Shown piece by piece: positions 35,387 to 48,014 of a stretch of DNA of 64,000 bases. This stretch comes from Hyaloraphidium curvatum SAG 235-1 (lineage: Eukaryota; Fungi; Monoblepharomycota). The stretch lies in assembly GCA_025558095.1 (NCBI GenBank), contig JAIVFI010000043.1:62001-126000 (forward strand), written 5' to 3'. A model generated the notes under the pieces. The model saw only the letters and a list, made by a program, of their open reading frames with translations, was not told the origin of the DNA and did no database searches. The position numbers and the translations under genes are program-made. The stretch's first letter is position 1, and each line of letters begins with the position of its first letter.

Positions 35387-37231
35387 ATGGCATCGCAGGA
35401 TCCGCCCAGCGACGGCCCTCCCGCCGAGGCGCCCGGGCCCGGGTCTCTGCCGAGGTTGTCTGCCGTGCTTTCGGGGGTTCGCGCGGCCTCTCTGCTCGCG
35501 CGGCCCATCACCGACAGCGTGTGGAGCTGGCAGAAGTGGGGCACGCAGCTGGGCTTCGGCATCGCCCGGGCCGCGACGGGGGCGCTGCCGGGGGCGCACG
35601 AGGTGCTCGGCGCTGCAGAGGGGGCGGCGCTGACGGGCATTGCCGCCGTCGGGGCGGTCGTCGGCGCGTCGCTGGACGCCTCGGCCGCCGCGCTGGGGCT
35701 GGCGAACGCCGCGCTGCCCATGAGCGACGACGAGCGGCGGGCGGCGGCGCTGGGGCCGGTGGGCCTGGTCGAGCGGTTCCTCGAGCTGCTCAACAGCGAC
35801 GACGTCAGCTTGACCGGCGAGGACGGGTCGCCCGAGGGCGCCGTGAAGACCGTGGCCAAGCTGTGGGCGTGGGGCCGGATCGTGCACCACTCCGAGGCCG
35901 CGTGGAGGGACATGGTCATCATGGACGGGCTCGCGGCGCCGCTGGCGGACTTTTCCCAGTCGGCGACGGGCGGGCCGGGCGCGGACCCGGTGCCTGCCGG
36001 CGAGCCCGCCCCTGTCACGATGCCGTCGTCGGTCCAGGTCACTTCGGCGCCGGCCGGGACGGAGGACTACGACGTGGTCGCCGGGACCATTGCCGAAAAG
36101 GAGCCCGTTGCTGATCACGCCGGCGGTTTGAACGCCCCGACGGACGTGTTTGATCTGCTTGCGTCGTCTGACCCGAAGCACCTGCCGGCCCAGCTCAAGG
36201 AGCTCCACCGGCTGTCGCGCCTCTGCACGGGCTCTTACGGCGAGGTTCTGGCACGGTTTCTGGGGCTAACGGGCGGCACCAAGGCGCTCCCGGGCACCCG
36301 ACCCGCCGCGCAAGCTCCGGAGGCGCCGGCAGAAGCCATCCACCCCTCACACGCCTACCTCGCCCAAGCGGCCGACATCTCCCACTCTGACATCCTCCAT
36401 TCGACCCACACCATCCTCCCCGGCCGCTCCCTGCTGGGCACGTACCACCCTCTCCTCTTCCTCCTCCGCGACCCCGCCCGCCGCGCCCTGACCGTCGTCT
36501 TCCGCGGCACCCTCGAGGCGCCGGACGTGCTGGTGGACCTCGCGGCGTCGGCGGCTGATTTTGGGGCCGGCACCGCGCACGGCGCCATGCTCGACGCCGC
36601 GATGCACCTCGCGCGCCCTTCGTCGCCCTTCCTCGCGGCCGTCCGCGCGGCACTCGAGCCCGGGTGGGGCATCATCCTTGCCGGGCACTCGCTCGGCGCC
36701 GCGCTGGCCTCGCTCCTCGCCCTCCTGCTGCCCCCCCTGTTCCCGGGCGTACGCGTCTTCGCCGTCGCCCTGGCACCGCCGTGCGTCGTCTCGGTCGACG
36801 TGCCGGCCGCCAACGTGCTATCTTTGGTGCTCGAAGACGATCTCGTGCCGCGGCTGTCGCACTCGGCCGTCCGCGAATCCAAGCTCGCCCTCAACGGCCT
36901 CCGCATCGACCTCGCCGACCTCGCCCTCCGCGACGCCCGCGTCACCAACCTCCCCGGGACGGCGCTGGACGCCGACCGCACGTACTTCCTCGCCGCCCGC
37001 CTCGCGGCCCTCCGCGCGGCCTTTGGCTCGTCCTATCCGCCCGTCGAACGGGCCACCCTCCGCCCCGCCGGGCGCGTGTGGTGGATCAGGGGGAGGGAGG
37101 TGCTCCTCGCGCGCGACGCGAGGGCGCTGGGGGGGCTGGCGCTAAGCGCCGGGGGGGTGGCGAGACACATGCCCGACAGGTACGAGCGGAGGTTGGGGGT
37201 GCTGGAGGCGCTAGCGGGGGCGGGGAACTAG
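35387..37231 (+). CDS. Lipase class 3 family protein
   Basis: VFRGT, AHGAM, AGHSLGA (GxSxG), DDLVPRL, terminal HMP. Confidence 0.85.
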   Translation: MASQDPPSDGPPAEAPGPGSLPRLSAVLSGVRAASLLARPITDSVWSWQKWGTQLGFGIARAATGALPGAHEVLGAAEGAALTGIAAVGAVVGASLDASAAALGLANAALPMSDDERRAAALGPVGLVERFLELLNSDDVSLTGEDGSPEGAVKTVAKLWAWGRIVHHSEAAWRDMVIMDGLAAPLADFSQSATGGPGADPVPAGEPAPVTMPSSVQVTSAPAGTEDYDVVAGTIAEKEPVADHAGGLNAPTDVFDLLASSDPKHLPAQLKELHRLSRLCTGSYGEVLARFLGLTGGTKALPGTRPAAQAPEAPAEAIHPSHAYLAQAADISHSDILHSTHTILPGRSLLGTYHPLLFLLRDPARRALTVVFRGTLEAPDVLVDLAASAADFGAGTAHGAMLDAAMHLARPSSPFLAAVRAALEPGWGIILAGHSLGAALASLLALLLPPLFPGVRVFAVALAPPCVVSVDVPAANVLSLVLEDDLVPRLSHSAVRESKLALNGLRIDLADLALRDARVTNLPGTALDADRTYFLAARLAALRAAFGSSYPPVERATLRPAGRVWWIRGREVLLARDARALGGLALSAGGVARHMPDRYERRLGVLEALAGAGN

Positions 37232-37473
37232 GGAGGCGGGAACGGACGGATGGATCGGACGGAGGAGCTGCGAAACAGGACCGTGCGCAATGTCTGCCAC
37301 CAGCATGGAAATATACTTACAATCGAAACATCACTCCGCTGGTCTGCGTCCAGGAACCATGTCCGTGCGGGGAATGGGCCCCCCGAGATTCGAGGAGGCG
37401 CTCCGGGCGGCCGCTGGCTCACTCGTCGCTTTCCCCGTCCGACTCGACTCACCTCGCGCACAACTTCCCCGCG

Positions 37474-38568
37474 ATGTCCACCAACGGCAACGCCCTCGGG
37501 CTCGCGGTCCCGCTCGGCGTCGGCACGATGATGTGGGGCGACACGCCGCTGGACGCCCGCATCGCGGGGATTCTGGACGCGAGCGTGCTCGACTCGCTGG
37601 TCGCCGAAGCCACCGCGGCGAACATTACCCTATTCGACACCGCCGAGGGCTACGGCGGCGGGACGAGCGAGAAGCGGCTCGGCGACGCTGTGGCGAGGGC
37701 GTCCAAGGTGCCTGCGGCGTCGTTGCTGCTGTCGACAAAGTTCCTCCCTACGCTCTGGAGGTGGACTCCGTGGGCCGTGGCGCGGGCCGCGAGGGGCAGC
37801 TGCGAGCGCCTCGGGATCAAGCAATGCCCGCTGTACTTTATTCACTCCCCCGTGCACCCCATGCCGGTCGAGGTGTGGATCCGCGGGGTGTCGTTGGCGG
37901 TGGAGGAGGGCACGGTCAGGGACCTCGGCCTGAGCAACTTCAACGCGCGGCAGGTGGAGCGCGCCGTCGCCGAGGCCAAGCGGCTGGGCAACGTCCGCAT
38001 CGCTGCAAACCAGTTGATGTGCAACCTGCTCGTCTCCAACTCCCCGGAGCTGAAGGAGACCATCAGAGTGTGCAGGGAGCACGGGATCGCCGTCGTTGCG
38101 TACTCCCCGCTGGGCCAGGGGCTGCTGTGCGACGGGCTCACGGAGGAAAAGGCGGCCAACACGCGGCTGCTGACCATGACGGGCCTGACCTACCCCGATC
38201 TGGCCAACCTCCGCGGGGTGGTGGCGGAGATAGCCGCGGCCCACGGCAAGAAGATGGCTCACGTCGCGCTGCGCTACCTGATCCAGCAGGGCCACGTCCC
38301 GCTTGTTGGCATGCGCCGGATCGAGCACCTCCGCGAGGCGCTGGGCGCGGTCGGGTGGGAGCTCACCGCGGACGAGATGGCCAGGCTGGACGCCGCTGCG
38401 CTGGGCAGGCACACGTTCGAGAAGCCGCGGTGGAGGAGGTCGCTCTTCGTCGTGTTCATCTCGCTGCTGATGGTGGCGTACAAGGCGAGCTCGCTGTGGG
38501 CGGCGGCGAGGGAGCGGCTGAGCTGGTCGTACTGGTTCCCGGCAAAGGCGGACAAGAAGGAGCGTTGA
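37474..38568 (+). CDS. Aldo/keto reductase with a hydrophobic C-terminal tail
   Basis: LGVGTMMWG, FDTAEGYG, TKF, LYFIHSP, GLSNF, AYSPLGQG. Confidence 0.9.
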   Translation: MSTNGNALGLAVPLGVGTMMWGDTPLDARIAGILDASVLDSLVAEATAANITLFDTAEGYGGGTSEKRLGDAVARASKVPAASLLLSTKFLPTLWRWTPWAVARAARGSCERLGIKQCPLYFIHSPVHPMPVEVWIRGVSLAVEEGTVRDLGLSNFNARQVERAVAEAKRLGNVRIAANQLMCNLLVSNSPELKETIRVCREHGIAVVAYSPLGQGLLCDGLTEEKAANTRLLTMTGLTYPDLANLRGVVAEIAAAHGKKMAHVALRYLIQQGHVPLVGMRRIEHLREALGAVGWELTADEMARLDAAALGRHTFEKPRWRRSLFVVFISLLMVAYKASSLWAAARERLSWSYWFPAKADKKER

Positions 38569-38887
38569 TGGGCGGGAGATTTTGAGGACGGCTTGGATCT
38601 CTTCTCGGACATTCGAGCCCGGAGAGCTCACTGGTTCGAGGACGAGCTGGGCTCTTCTCGCGCGAGCCGGATCGTGCAGATTGTAGTCATTTGATACATC
38701 TTGATAGGGCCGGAATGGATCTCGTTTGTCCGTAAGGCACTGATCGGAGTCGGTCGTTGCGGGGAAGCTTGGCCGCCGGCTCGGCTGACTCGGCTTCTCT
38801 GCGACCGAGTCGACCGAGGACCGCCCGCCCGCGCCCCAGAACCCTCGTTCCGCACCCGGAACGTGTCCGCAGCGTAGTCCGGACACG

Positions 38888-41064
38888 ATGCCTTCGTACA
38901 CCGCTGCGGAGGTCGCGGGCCACGCGTCGGAGAAGGATGCCTGGATCATCATCCGCGGCAAGGTTTACGATGTGACCTCCTTCCTGGAAAAGCACCCGGG
39001 GGGCAAGAAGATCCTGCTCAAGGTGGCAGGGCAGGATGCTTCGACCCAGTTTGCCCAGTTTCATGATGTGCGGGCCCCGACGTCTCTGTGCGGGAGGCAT
39101 TTCTGACACCGACCTGTTCTCGGACCGCCAGGTGGAGAAGGTCCTCGCCCAGTACTCGAGGCTGGAGGTCGGCACCGTCGTCTCGGCGCTCTCTGAGATC
39201 GCCAAGAAGGAGGATTCGGGCAAGGTCGGCAAGGGCAAGCTGTACACCGGGGACAACGAGGTGTACGGGGAGATGCTGCCGTTCGCCGACCCCATGTGGA
39301 TGCAGGACTGGTCGGTTCCTGCTTTTCGGTATCGTCGGCACCCTTACTGACGGGTCTGACCTCGATGGACACCCCTTGGCTTTCTTTGGACACCGACATC
39401 CGCGGCGCAACAGGTACTCGCCCTACTACAACAAGTCGCACTTCGAACTCGCGCGCCACCTTCGTCCCCTGATCGACGAGCACCTCGCGCCCCACGTCGA
39501 GGAGTGGGAGGAGAAGGGCTGGGTCCCGGACGAGGTCTACGCCAAGTGGGGCGAGCTCGGCCTCCTGGCTTTCGAGCAGGCGCCGGAGGTCTATGAGCAC
39601 CTGCCCAAGAACTTCCCGCGGCTCCCCGTGTTCCAGAAGGACGATCAGATAGACAAGTTTCACAAGCTCGTCAGGTACGTTGAAGTGGCTGTTTGCGTGA
39701 ACTGGTCTCCCAATTGGCCATTCCAGCGGCTACGAGTACGCCCGCCTCGGCGCCGCCGGCATCAGCCAGGCCATCTTCGTCGGCATCCACATCGCCACGC
39801 CGCCGATCATCCACTTCGGCTCCCCCGAAATGAAGGCCAGGGTGCTGCCCGAGATCTTTGGCGGCAAGCACCGCTGCTGCCTCGCCATCACCGAGCCGAC
39901 GTCGGGCAGCGACGTCGCCAACACGTCGACGACGGCCACGCTGAGCGAGGACGGCAAGCACTTCATCGTCAACGGCACTAAGAAGTGGTGGGTTTCGTCG
40001 CCTTGTTCCTTGGCTGGCTCAGTCTCACTGAGGCTTTTACAGGATCACGAACGGCATCTACGCCGAGTACTTCTCCACTCTCGTGAGGACTGGCGGCCCC
40101 GGAGCCGGCGGTCTTTCGATGCTGCTCATCGAGCGCAAGTTCGGCGGCGTCAACACCCGCCGCATGATGGTGCAGGGCACCTGGTCGGCCGGCACGACCT
40201 TCGTGGTACGTCTCCCAAGCTCGGCATAGTTCCGCAATCTCTGATTCGTGCTTTTTGCTCAGGAATTCCAAGATGTCAAGGTCCCCGTCACGAACCTCAT
40301 CGGACCCCTCAACCAGGGCTTTATGGTGTTGATGCGGAACTTCAACAGGTGCGTTTGCGAAGCTTGGCAGAGCGCGGCATTGCATTGCCTGATTCATCGT
40401 TGTGTTTCCAGCGAGCGTATCGGCTCCATTTCGGGAGCCATCTTTGCCGCTCGCGTCGCCTACTCCGAATCGCTGAAGTACGCCCACAAGCGCAAGACCT
40501 TCGGCAAGTACTTGATTGAGCACCCCGTCATCCGCGCCAAGCTCGCCAACAGTGCGTATCGCCGCCGCGCCCGACTTTTGGCACGTTCTTATGGGACCTC
40601 GGTCTTTCAGTGGCACGCCAGATCGAGTCGGCCCAGGCATGGATCGAGCTCCTTGTCTAGTACGTTCCCATCGCTCTGGACGCTCCCCAGGCACTCACCG
40701 CCCTTCCAGCCAAACCCAGATGTTCAAGGACTATGTGCAAATGAACGACAGGATCGGCGCCGTCACCGCCCTCGCCAAGGGCCACGGCTCCCAGGTCTGC
40801 GAGTTCGTGCTCCGCGAGGCGAGCCAGATCTTCGGAGGCCTCTCGTACACGCGCGGCGGTGTCGGCGGCAAGGTCGAGCGGCTGTACCGCGAGGGTGGGT
40901 GTGACGTCGGTCCCGCTTGGATGGTGTGCTCATCCTCCGACCTCCCTCTACCAGTCCGGCAGTTCGCCATCCCCGCTGGCAGCGAAGAGGTAATGCTAGA
41001 CTTCAGTATCCGCGACGGCCTCAAGAAGGCCAGGATGATGGGCGCGCCCCTGCCGTCGATCTAG
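38888..41064 (+). CDS. Cytochrome b5 - acyl-CoA dehydrogenase fusion, multi-exon
   Basis: KVYDVT..LEKHPGG (b5), [18 protein letters not shown]|ITNG, QIFGG, GSEEVM. Confidence 0.92.
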
Positions 41065-41290
41065 GGAGGGCTTGGAGGGCTCGGTTCCTTTGGCGGACGA
41101 GTTTGTCAATGTGCATTGCCACAAGGTCAAATTCCATTCTTTGCTGCACCGATTGCGGCTGTTCAGAGGAAGCTTGCTTCGTTATCGGATCCTTTGTCGA
41201 CGAATCTGGCGGACTCGGTCCGTTGGCAGATGGTTTGTCAATGTGCAAGCCGAAAACAATTCCATTTCTTTGGTACACCACTCTGGATGT

Positions 41291-43940
41291 TCAGAAGAAG
41301 TTTGCCTCGAAATCAGATCCATCGTCCACAGATTCGTCGTCCGCCTGCTGCGGATTCGACGGCCCCGGCTCCGGCGCCGCCGCGGAGCTCCGGCGCCGAA
41401 ACGACGCCTTGTACTCTTCCCACCGCCTCGCAAACACACCCCCGACGGCCCGCACTCGCGACTCGATCTCTGCACGACCCACGATCAGCTCTGCTTGCTT
41501 TGCGGCCCGGCGGAGTAGGTGCTTAAACATCTCCGCGCGGCCCTGGTCGTCGAACCGGCGAAGGCACTCGAGCACCGTCGAATCGTCCACCGTGACCTTT
41601 TGACGGAGGAATGTGCGCGCCGCCAGGTCCGCCTGCGCCCGGATGCAGGCCCGAAGGGTCGAACTCTTGCCCGAAGCACGAGGCTGCAGTTCGATCAGGC
41701 GCACCAGGGCGGGTTCGTTGGCGGGCGGTCGGGCGCCGGGATCGATGAGCTCGCTGCTGAATTCGACCTGGACACCCTTGGCGTGCAGGTTGGCGACCTC
41801 CTGAACGATGAGTCATTAAGGCGGTGAGACGACGAGTAGAACCGGCGGCGTCCCCGCTACGAACCTCGACGTCGTTGCGCAGCACCGCCTGCGTCATGTC
41901 AAACTTGGCCACCCTGCTCGCCGTGCCCAGCGTCTCGATGCTTCCCATGTGGGCCCTGAAGAGCGAGCGCCAGGCCGGGTTGTTGTTGCGGTCGAACATG
42001 TCGCTCAACATGTCCAGCCCCCTCGGGTCGTCCCACAGCGCCGCGTTGTGCCGCACCAGGATCTCCACCGAGGCGACGAGCTCGGCTTCGGGGTTGAGAC
42101 CAGCGCCGGTGCGGGCGGGGAAGCGCCACGACGGGACGACGGCCTTGAGGACCTCGTCGAGGGTGTCGGGGGAGAGAGGCAGGAGCTCCAGCAGCTCGGG
42201 GAGGAAGGACCGTGTTGCAGGGGCCTTGAGGACGGCGGCGAGCTGGGATGTTGAGAGGAGGGTGCCGGTGCCGATCAGGTCCCGGGCCTTTGATTGGTCG
42301 TTGGCGAGGATGGACGCCAAGAGCTCCATTGACTGCAGGCAGAGTGAGCATTTCCCAACGCCGCAGTAGCTCCCGGCCTGCGTACTCTGTTTGCGCTCGT
42401 CGTGCAGTAGCTGCGAATGAGGTTGAAGCATGCCGCTTGCTCCTGGCACAGGTCGAGGCACTGGTGCAGTAGCTTTTGCCCCGGTTGGCTATCCCATCCC
42501 TGCCGATCCTGCACGTGCTCCAGGATAAGCCTGAGGGTGACCAGCTGCCCGTTGGCCGCGGCCGTCACCACGGCCTCGCAACTCGACCTCGGAGGCGTCA
42601 GCGGTCCCACGGCACGGTGCTGGTGTCCGTACGGCGACGGTACGCCGTGCTTCCGATACAGAGTGTTGAGGATCCGGCCGACGGCACACGGTTGCTGGGG
42701 CGGCTGCGGCACCAGGCGCGAGCCCAGGACGTACTCCACGGCGCGGGTTCCGTTCTCCACAGCCACGTTCCAACCCCCAGTTTCCTCCTCGGAAAGCGTA
42801 ATCCAGGTCTCCATGGCGTTCCAGAACCATCCCTTCGTGATCTGACTCGTGACCGTCGGGGCGCCGAGCTGCAGCAGCCAGCGCACGGCTCGCTCGTTGC
42901 CCGCCGCAGCTGACTGCACCAGGAGCGCATGGGCGGCGTTGGTGCCAGGGACGTAGCTGTCGTAGCGAAGGTCCGACGCCGGTTCGATGCGGAAGGTCGG
43001 GTCGAAGGTGGGTTCCTGGAGTCGGCCGACGTTGTTGGACAGCGAGACGGTGAAGAGGGCCTGCGAGAGCGAGGAGCGGCCGGAAGAGGTGTGCTCGATG
43101 GGCAAGTGGTACTTGCGGATGAGGGTCCGAAGGGCGGTGATGACCGAGTCCTATGTGAATGTAAGCAAAGCTCATCGGAACAGCCGACAACCAACTCACG
43201 TTCGGATCCGCCCAACCGCCCTTGACCCCTTCACGCACGAGCTCCTCGCATCCTTCAGGAACACGGCCCCAGCACACGAGGAGGCGAAAGAGCTCAGAGT
43301 CCGTCAGCGAGGCCCCAGTCCCATAGGGAAAAGAAGCGCGGTCCCTGAACTGCAGCGGCGGACCGGGGTACAGCTCCGCCTGGTGCGCCATGACGATAGG
43401 GAGCAGATCCGTGCGCGACGCGATCCAAAGCCGGCGCTGCAACCTCTGGAGCTGGTATCTGGAACAAAAGGGCGATGATTAGTTGCCGTTGCCAGGGCTC
43501 CCTTCCCGGACTCGCCTGGGAATGGGTTCGCCGCACGACCTGAGCCGCGAAAACACGGCCGTCAGGACCTCGGGCGTGACGAGCCGCAACCAGTCGCCCA
43601 TGCCGTCCCCGATCTCCGCCTTTCCGAAGGTGCCGACGAAGAACTCGACGCGGGTCGACGTTGACTTTGCCAGCACATGGACCATCTTGCAAGACTGGAA
43701 AAACGTGGCAGGGCTGCACCTCGGGTGATGCCTGGAAGCACGTGGGCCGAGGTATCCCGCGAGCGCGGCCAGCAGCTCGGGTGGCAGCAGCCGGAGCAGC
43801 GACGACTCGTGTTGCGCGTCAACCCCGCTCAGGGCGACTTCCCCGAGCACGGGCCCGGCCAGGAACGCCGAGCACGGCGCGACGCCCTGTGATGGCAACT
43901 CTCCGCCGTCCTCATTATCGAAGAACAAATCGTCGTCCAT
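41291..43940 (-). CDS. F-box-like/ankyrin-repeat-like protein, multi-exon
   Basis: LLPPELLAALAGYL near the N-terminus; AAAGNERAVRWLLQLGA and AAANGQLVTLRLIL ankyrin-like units; exon structure approximate. Confidence 0.55.
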
Positions 43941-44104
43941 CGTGGCGTCTGTGGAGATGCCCTTGCAGTCGGCCTGCCTGACTCTGAGAGGTCATCAAAC
44001 TGCTGTTTCCGGATCCAGACAATCCCCCGTTTCCGGCGATTCCGTGTCTCCATTATCTCGAAAGTGATTTATCGAAGCATCTTCCGAGGCCAGCCGTGGT
44101 TGCG

Positions 44105-44932
44105 ATGGCCGAGAAGCGCACCGGGACGGCCCGTGACGCGTCGACCGAGGCCAAGGTCGAAGAGCACTACACACGCCGGGATTCCCCTTTGGAAGCGGCC
44201 GTTCTCGATGCAGTCGGTGGGGACGTCAAGTCGCACGACGATCTCGCGCAGGTGGACGAGTTTCATTATGGTGGCAGGACTGCAACGGTCGCCCTGGCCG
44301 ACCTGATGCAGCTGAGGCCCGGTATTAAGATCCTGGACGTGGGGTCGGGAATCGGGGGGCCGGCACGCTACTTTGCCAGCCGCGGATGTGATGTCACGGG
44401 TGTGGACCTCACCGAGGACTTTGTGGCGACAGCGACCAGCCTGACCGCGCGGGTCGGGCTGGAGGACCGCGCCCGCTTCGTCAGGGCGAGCGCCCTCGAG
44501 ATGCCCTTTGCCGACGGATCGTTCGAGGGCGCGTACATGATCCACGTCGGCATGAACATCGGCGACAAGGGCGCCCTGTTCCGCGAGGTCAGGCGTGTGC
44601 TCGCGCCAAACTCGACGTTTGTCATCTTCGACATCATGCGCACCAAGGACGGGGACCTGACCTTCCCCGTCCCGTGGGCTTCCGTGCCGGAAGCCAGCTT
44701 CGTGACCCCAGCGGCCGAGTACCGCCGCGCCCTCGTCGAGGCCGGGTTTGACGTGGTCGAGGACAAGCCCCGAACGGACTTCAACCAGGCCCCTCAGCCT
44801 GGTGTCAAGGTGCCTCCGAGCGTGCTAGTCACCCTGGAGCGGCGAGTCAACCTGATGAGCAATATGAAACGGGGCCTCGTAGTGCCGACGATGATGATTG
44901 CGAGGGCGGTGAGGATGCTCCCTGGACTGTAA
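44105..44932 (+). CDS. Class I SAM-dependent methyltransferase, intronless
   Basis: DEFHYGG, ILDVGSGIGGPAR, GVDLT, MPFADGSF, RRVLAP. Confidence 0.88.
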   Translation: MAEKRTGTARDASTEAKVEEHYTRRDSPLEAAVLDAVGGDVKSHDDLAQVDEFHYGGRTATVALADLMQLRPGIKILDVGSGIGGPARYFASRGCDVTGVDLTEDFVATATSLTARVGLEDRARFVRASALEMPFADGSFEGAYMIHVGMNIGDKGALFREVRRVLAPNSTFVIFDIMRTKDGDLTFPVPWASVPEASFVTPAAEYRRALVEAGFDVVEDKPRTDFNQAPQPGVKVPPSVLVTLERRVNLMSNMKRGLVVPTMMIARAVRMLPGL

Positions 44933-45030
44933 GCAGCTGTGCGAAACGGAATGAAAAGAGTATCTATGTGATGAAGACTTCAAGCTATCTAGATCGTCGC
45001 ACCGTCATGTCGGGTTCAGGAGGCAGGCCT

Positions 45031-47602
45031 TCAGGCAGCCTGCGATCCGCCCTGCACGACCTGCTTGACCTGGCCGACGACCTCGCGGGTGTCCTGCCTC
45101 CCCTTGTCGAACTCGCTTTTGGCCTCCTGCGTCGAGAGCCCGGTGGTGCCCTGGCCAGCCGCGCCCGCTCCGATCTGGCCCTCAGCGCGAACCCCGGCAG
45201 ATCCTCCCGTGCCCCCGATCTGGCCTCCAGCTCCGATCTGGCCCCCGGCTCCGATCTGGCCCTGGCCCCCGGCGCGAACCCCGGCAGATCCTCCGACTTC
45301 GACGCCGACCTGGCCGCCGACCTGGCCTCCGACCTGAGCAGAGCGGTTGCCCGGCGCCGACGTCGTTCCCTGCTGGTAGCCCTGCTCGGCGGTGCCCCTG
45401 CCCTGCTCGTAGGCCTGCGACGCCGTCTCCTGGGCGCGTCCGGCAGCCTGGCGACCCTGCTCGACGCCCCGCTCGGCGGTGCTCCTGGCGGACTCGTAGG
45501 CCTGCGAGGCGGTCTCCTGCGCGCGGCCCGCAGCCTCGCGACCGGTCTCGATCCCGCGCTCGGCGGTGCTCCTCGCGGTGTCGTACGCCTGCTGCGCCGT
45601 CTCGCGTCCCGTCTCGATCGCACCCGTCACGGTCTCCTTGGAGGTCTCGTACGCCTGCAACGCGGTCTCCCGGGCACGGGCCGCGGCTTCCGAGGTGGCC
45701 TGCACGGCGGGCTGCACCAGGTTCTCGTTCAGCGCGGTGCCGATCTGCTGCGCGCGCTCGGTGGTGCTCTCCACGGCGGCTTCGACGGTCCCGACGGCGC
45801 GGCTGCCGAGCTCCTGGGCCGAGCGGGCGGCCTGCTCGGCGGTCTGGACGGCGGCCGAGGGCAGGTTCTGGATGGTCTCGGAGACGGCGGAGACGCCGCG
45901 CTGCGTGGTCTCGGCGATCCCGGAGGCGAGTTCCGAAGCGGATTCTCCGATCGCTGCGGGGTGCATAAAGTTAGCTGATGCGTCATCGAGAGTGCATCGC
46001 AAACACCAACAGCGTTCGGCGAGCCGGTCCTCGGGGACGGCGGGCTTGCCGGTGGCCAGCTCCTTGACGACCTCGACGCCGGCGACGGCGACCTGCCGGG
46101 CGTCTTCGCCGACCTTGCTCACGACCTGGGCGGCCTTGGAGAGGGCTTCCTGTCCGACCTGGCGGGCCTGGCCGACGACGCTCGAGACGGTCGACGCGGC
46201 GGAGGAGAGAACGGAGCCGGCGGTGCTGGCGGCGCTCTCGGCGGTCTCGTAGGTGGCGCGGGCGGCCTGCTGAGCCCCCTGGGCGGCGGTGCTGGCGGCC
46301 TGCTGACCGATCTCGACAGCGGTGCCCGCGGCCTGCTGTCCGAGCTCGACGGCACCCGACGCGACGCGCTGGGCACCCTGGGCGGCCTGGCTCCCGAGCT
46401 CGACGGCGGTGCTTGCGGCCTGCTGGGCGCCCTGGGCGACGGTGCTCGCGGCCTGGCTGCCGTTCTCGAGGGCTCTGGATCCGGCCTGTTGCACGCCGCT
46501 CGCGGCCATCTGCGCGCCCGTGGCGGCTGTCTCGAGGCCGACCTCGCCTGCTTCGTAGACGCGGCCGGCATTGCGGGCGGCGGTGTCCATGGCGGCTTGC
46601 GTGACGTTGGTCGCGGTGGCGGCGGCAGTGCCGGCGGCGCGTGCTCCGGTCTCGAGGGCCTGCGAAGCGATCGATCCCGTGGCCTGGAAAAGCGAAAGGC
46701 GTCAGATGATGCGAAGGCGTGATCGTGACGAGCGAATCACCTGGGCGGCACGGCTCCCGACCTCGGCGGCGGTCCCGGCGGCGCGACCGGCAACGTCAGC
46801 GGCGGCCTGCATGCCCTGCTGCCCCATCTCGGCCCCGCGCTCCATGGCCTGCTGGCCGGTCTGCACGGCGGAGCTGGCGGCCTCCCTGCCGGCCTGCATG
46901 GCCGAGCTTGCGGCCTGGCTGCCGGTCTGCATGGCGGAACCGATGGCTTCCCTCCTGGTCTGCAAGAAAAGCCTGATCAGATCATCGTTCAGAAGGCCCA
47001 ACGAAGATCACGCACCTCGGCCGCACGTCCAGCAGTCTGCTCCGCTTGGCCCATCATTCCTTGGCCGACCTCCTGACCGCGCTGATGACATGCGAAACCA
47101 TCAGTGATCTGGCACGACTCGGAACCCATTGCCCCGGAAATCACCTGCGCGACGTTGCTGGCCGACTCGCTGATCTGGCTGCCCATTCCCTGCCCAGGCT
47201 GACGAGAGATCTGGCCTCCCTGTCCGCCCCCGAGGGAGCCGGACGCCTGCGCGAGGGCGGAAACAACAAAGTCAGCGAAAGCTCGGCTCGGGCCCCGCAG
47301 CGCCGAAGGCGCACCTGCATGCTTCCGCCGACCGCGACGTCGCCCGAGAATCCTGTCGAGGTGCCGCTCCCGCCCACCGAAGCGCTTCCCGAGAGCCCGC
47401 CGGCGGCCCCGGTTCCGCCTGCCGCGCCCTGGCCCCGCGTGCCCGCCGAGCGCTCCATCGCGTCGATGCCGGGCGAGTCGGTGCCGCGCGGCACGGGGAT
47501 GCCGGGGACGGGCGGCTGCGCGAGGCCCTTGTCGAGCGTCGAGTACTCGACCCGGATGACCTCCTCGGGCTGCGGCGTGGGGATGTGCCTGCTGTCGGAC
47601 AT
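45031..47602 (-). CDS. LEA/apolipoprotein-like repeat protein (A/Q/G/T/E-rich), multi-exon
   Basis: 11/22-residue amphipathic repeats (e.g. TAQQAYDTARSTAERGIETGRE) and a GGQIG-type tail; almost no W, C or F. Confidence 0.6.
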
Positions 47603-48014
47603 GGCGCTTGAAGGTGCGTAGACGCTCTGAGGGGTGGCAGGCAGTTCGCGAGGTTTGCTAGTGATGGCGGGGCGGGGAGTTCGGCCGCTTTTGTTGTTGG
47701 GGTGCCGGGTGAAGCCGTGACGGAGAAGCCTCCGACCGCTTGCGTGTCACCTGACCACGTGCAAACGGCGGCAATCGGCTGCCGAACCCATCCATCCCTC
47801 CCACCAACTCGCCATTCGGAAATGCAAGGTGGTAATGACATTCATGAATCAGCTCACGCGCGGCCGGAATTGGCCACTTGCCAGCCGGCAGCGCGGATGC
47901 CGAGGAACGACGAATTCGAAGTCTTACGATCTAATAGACACCTCGAGGCACACGGGTAATCTAGAAGGAAGAGCAGCTGTCCAGGGAAGAGAGGAAAGAG
48001 ATAGATACGGTCGC

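Noticed and set aside
44853-44872. Hammerhead-like CTGATGAG...GAAAC
   Set aside because: No stem II can form and it lies within coding sequence.
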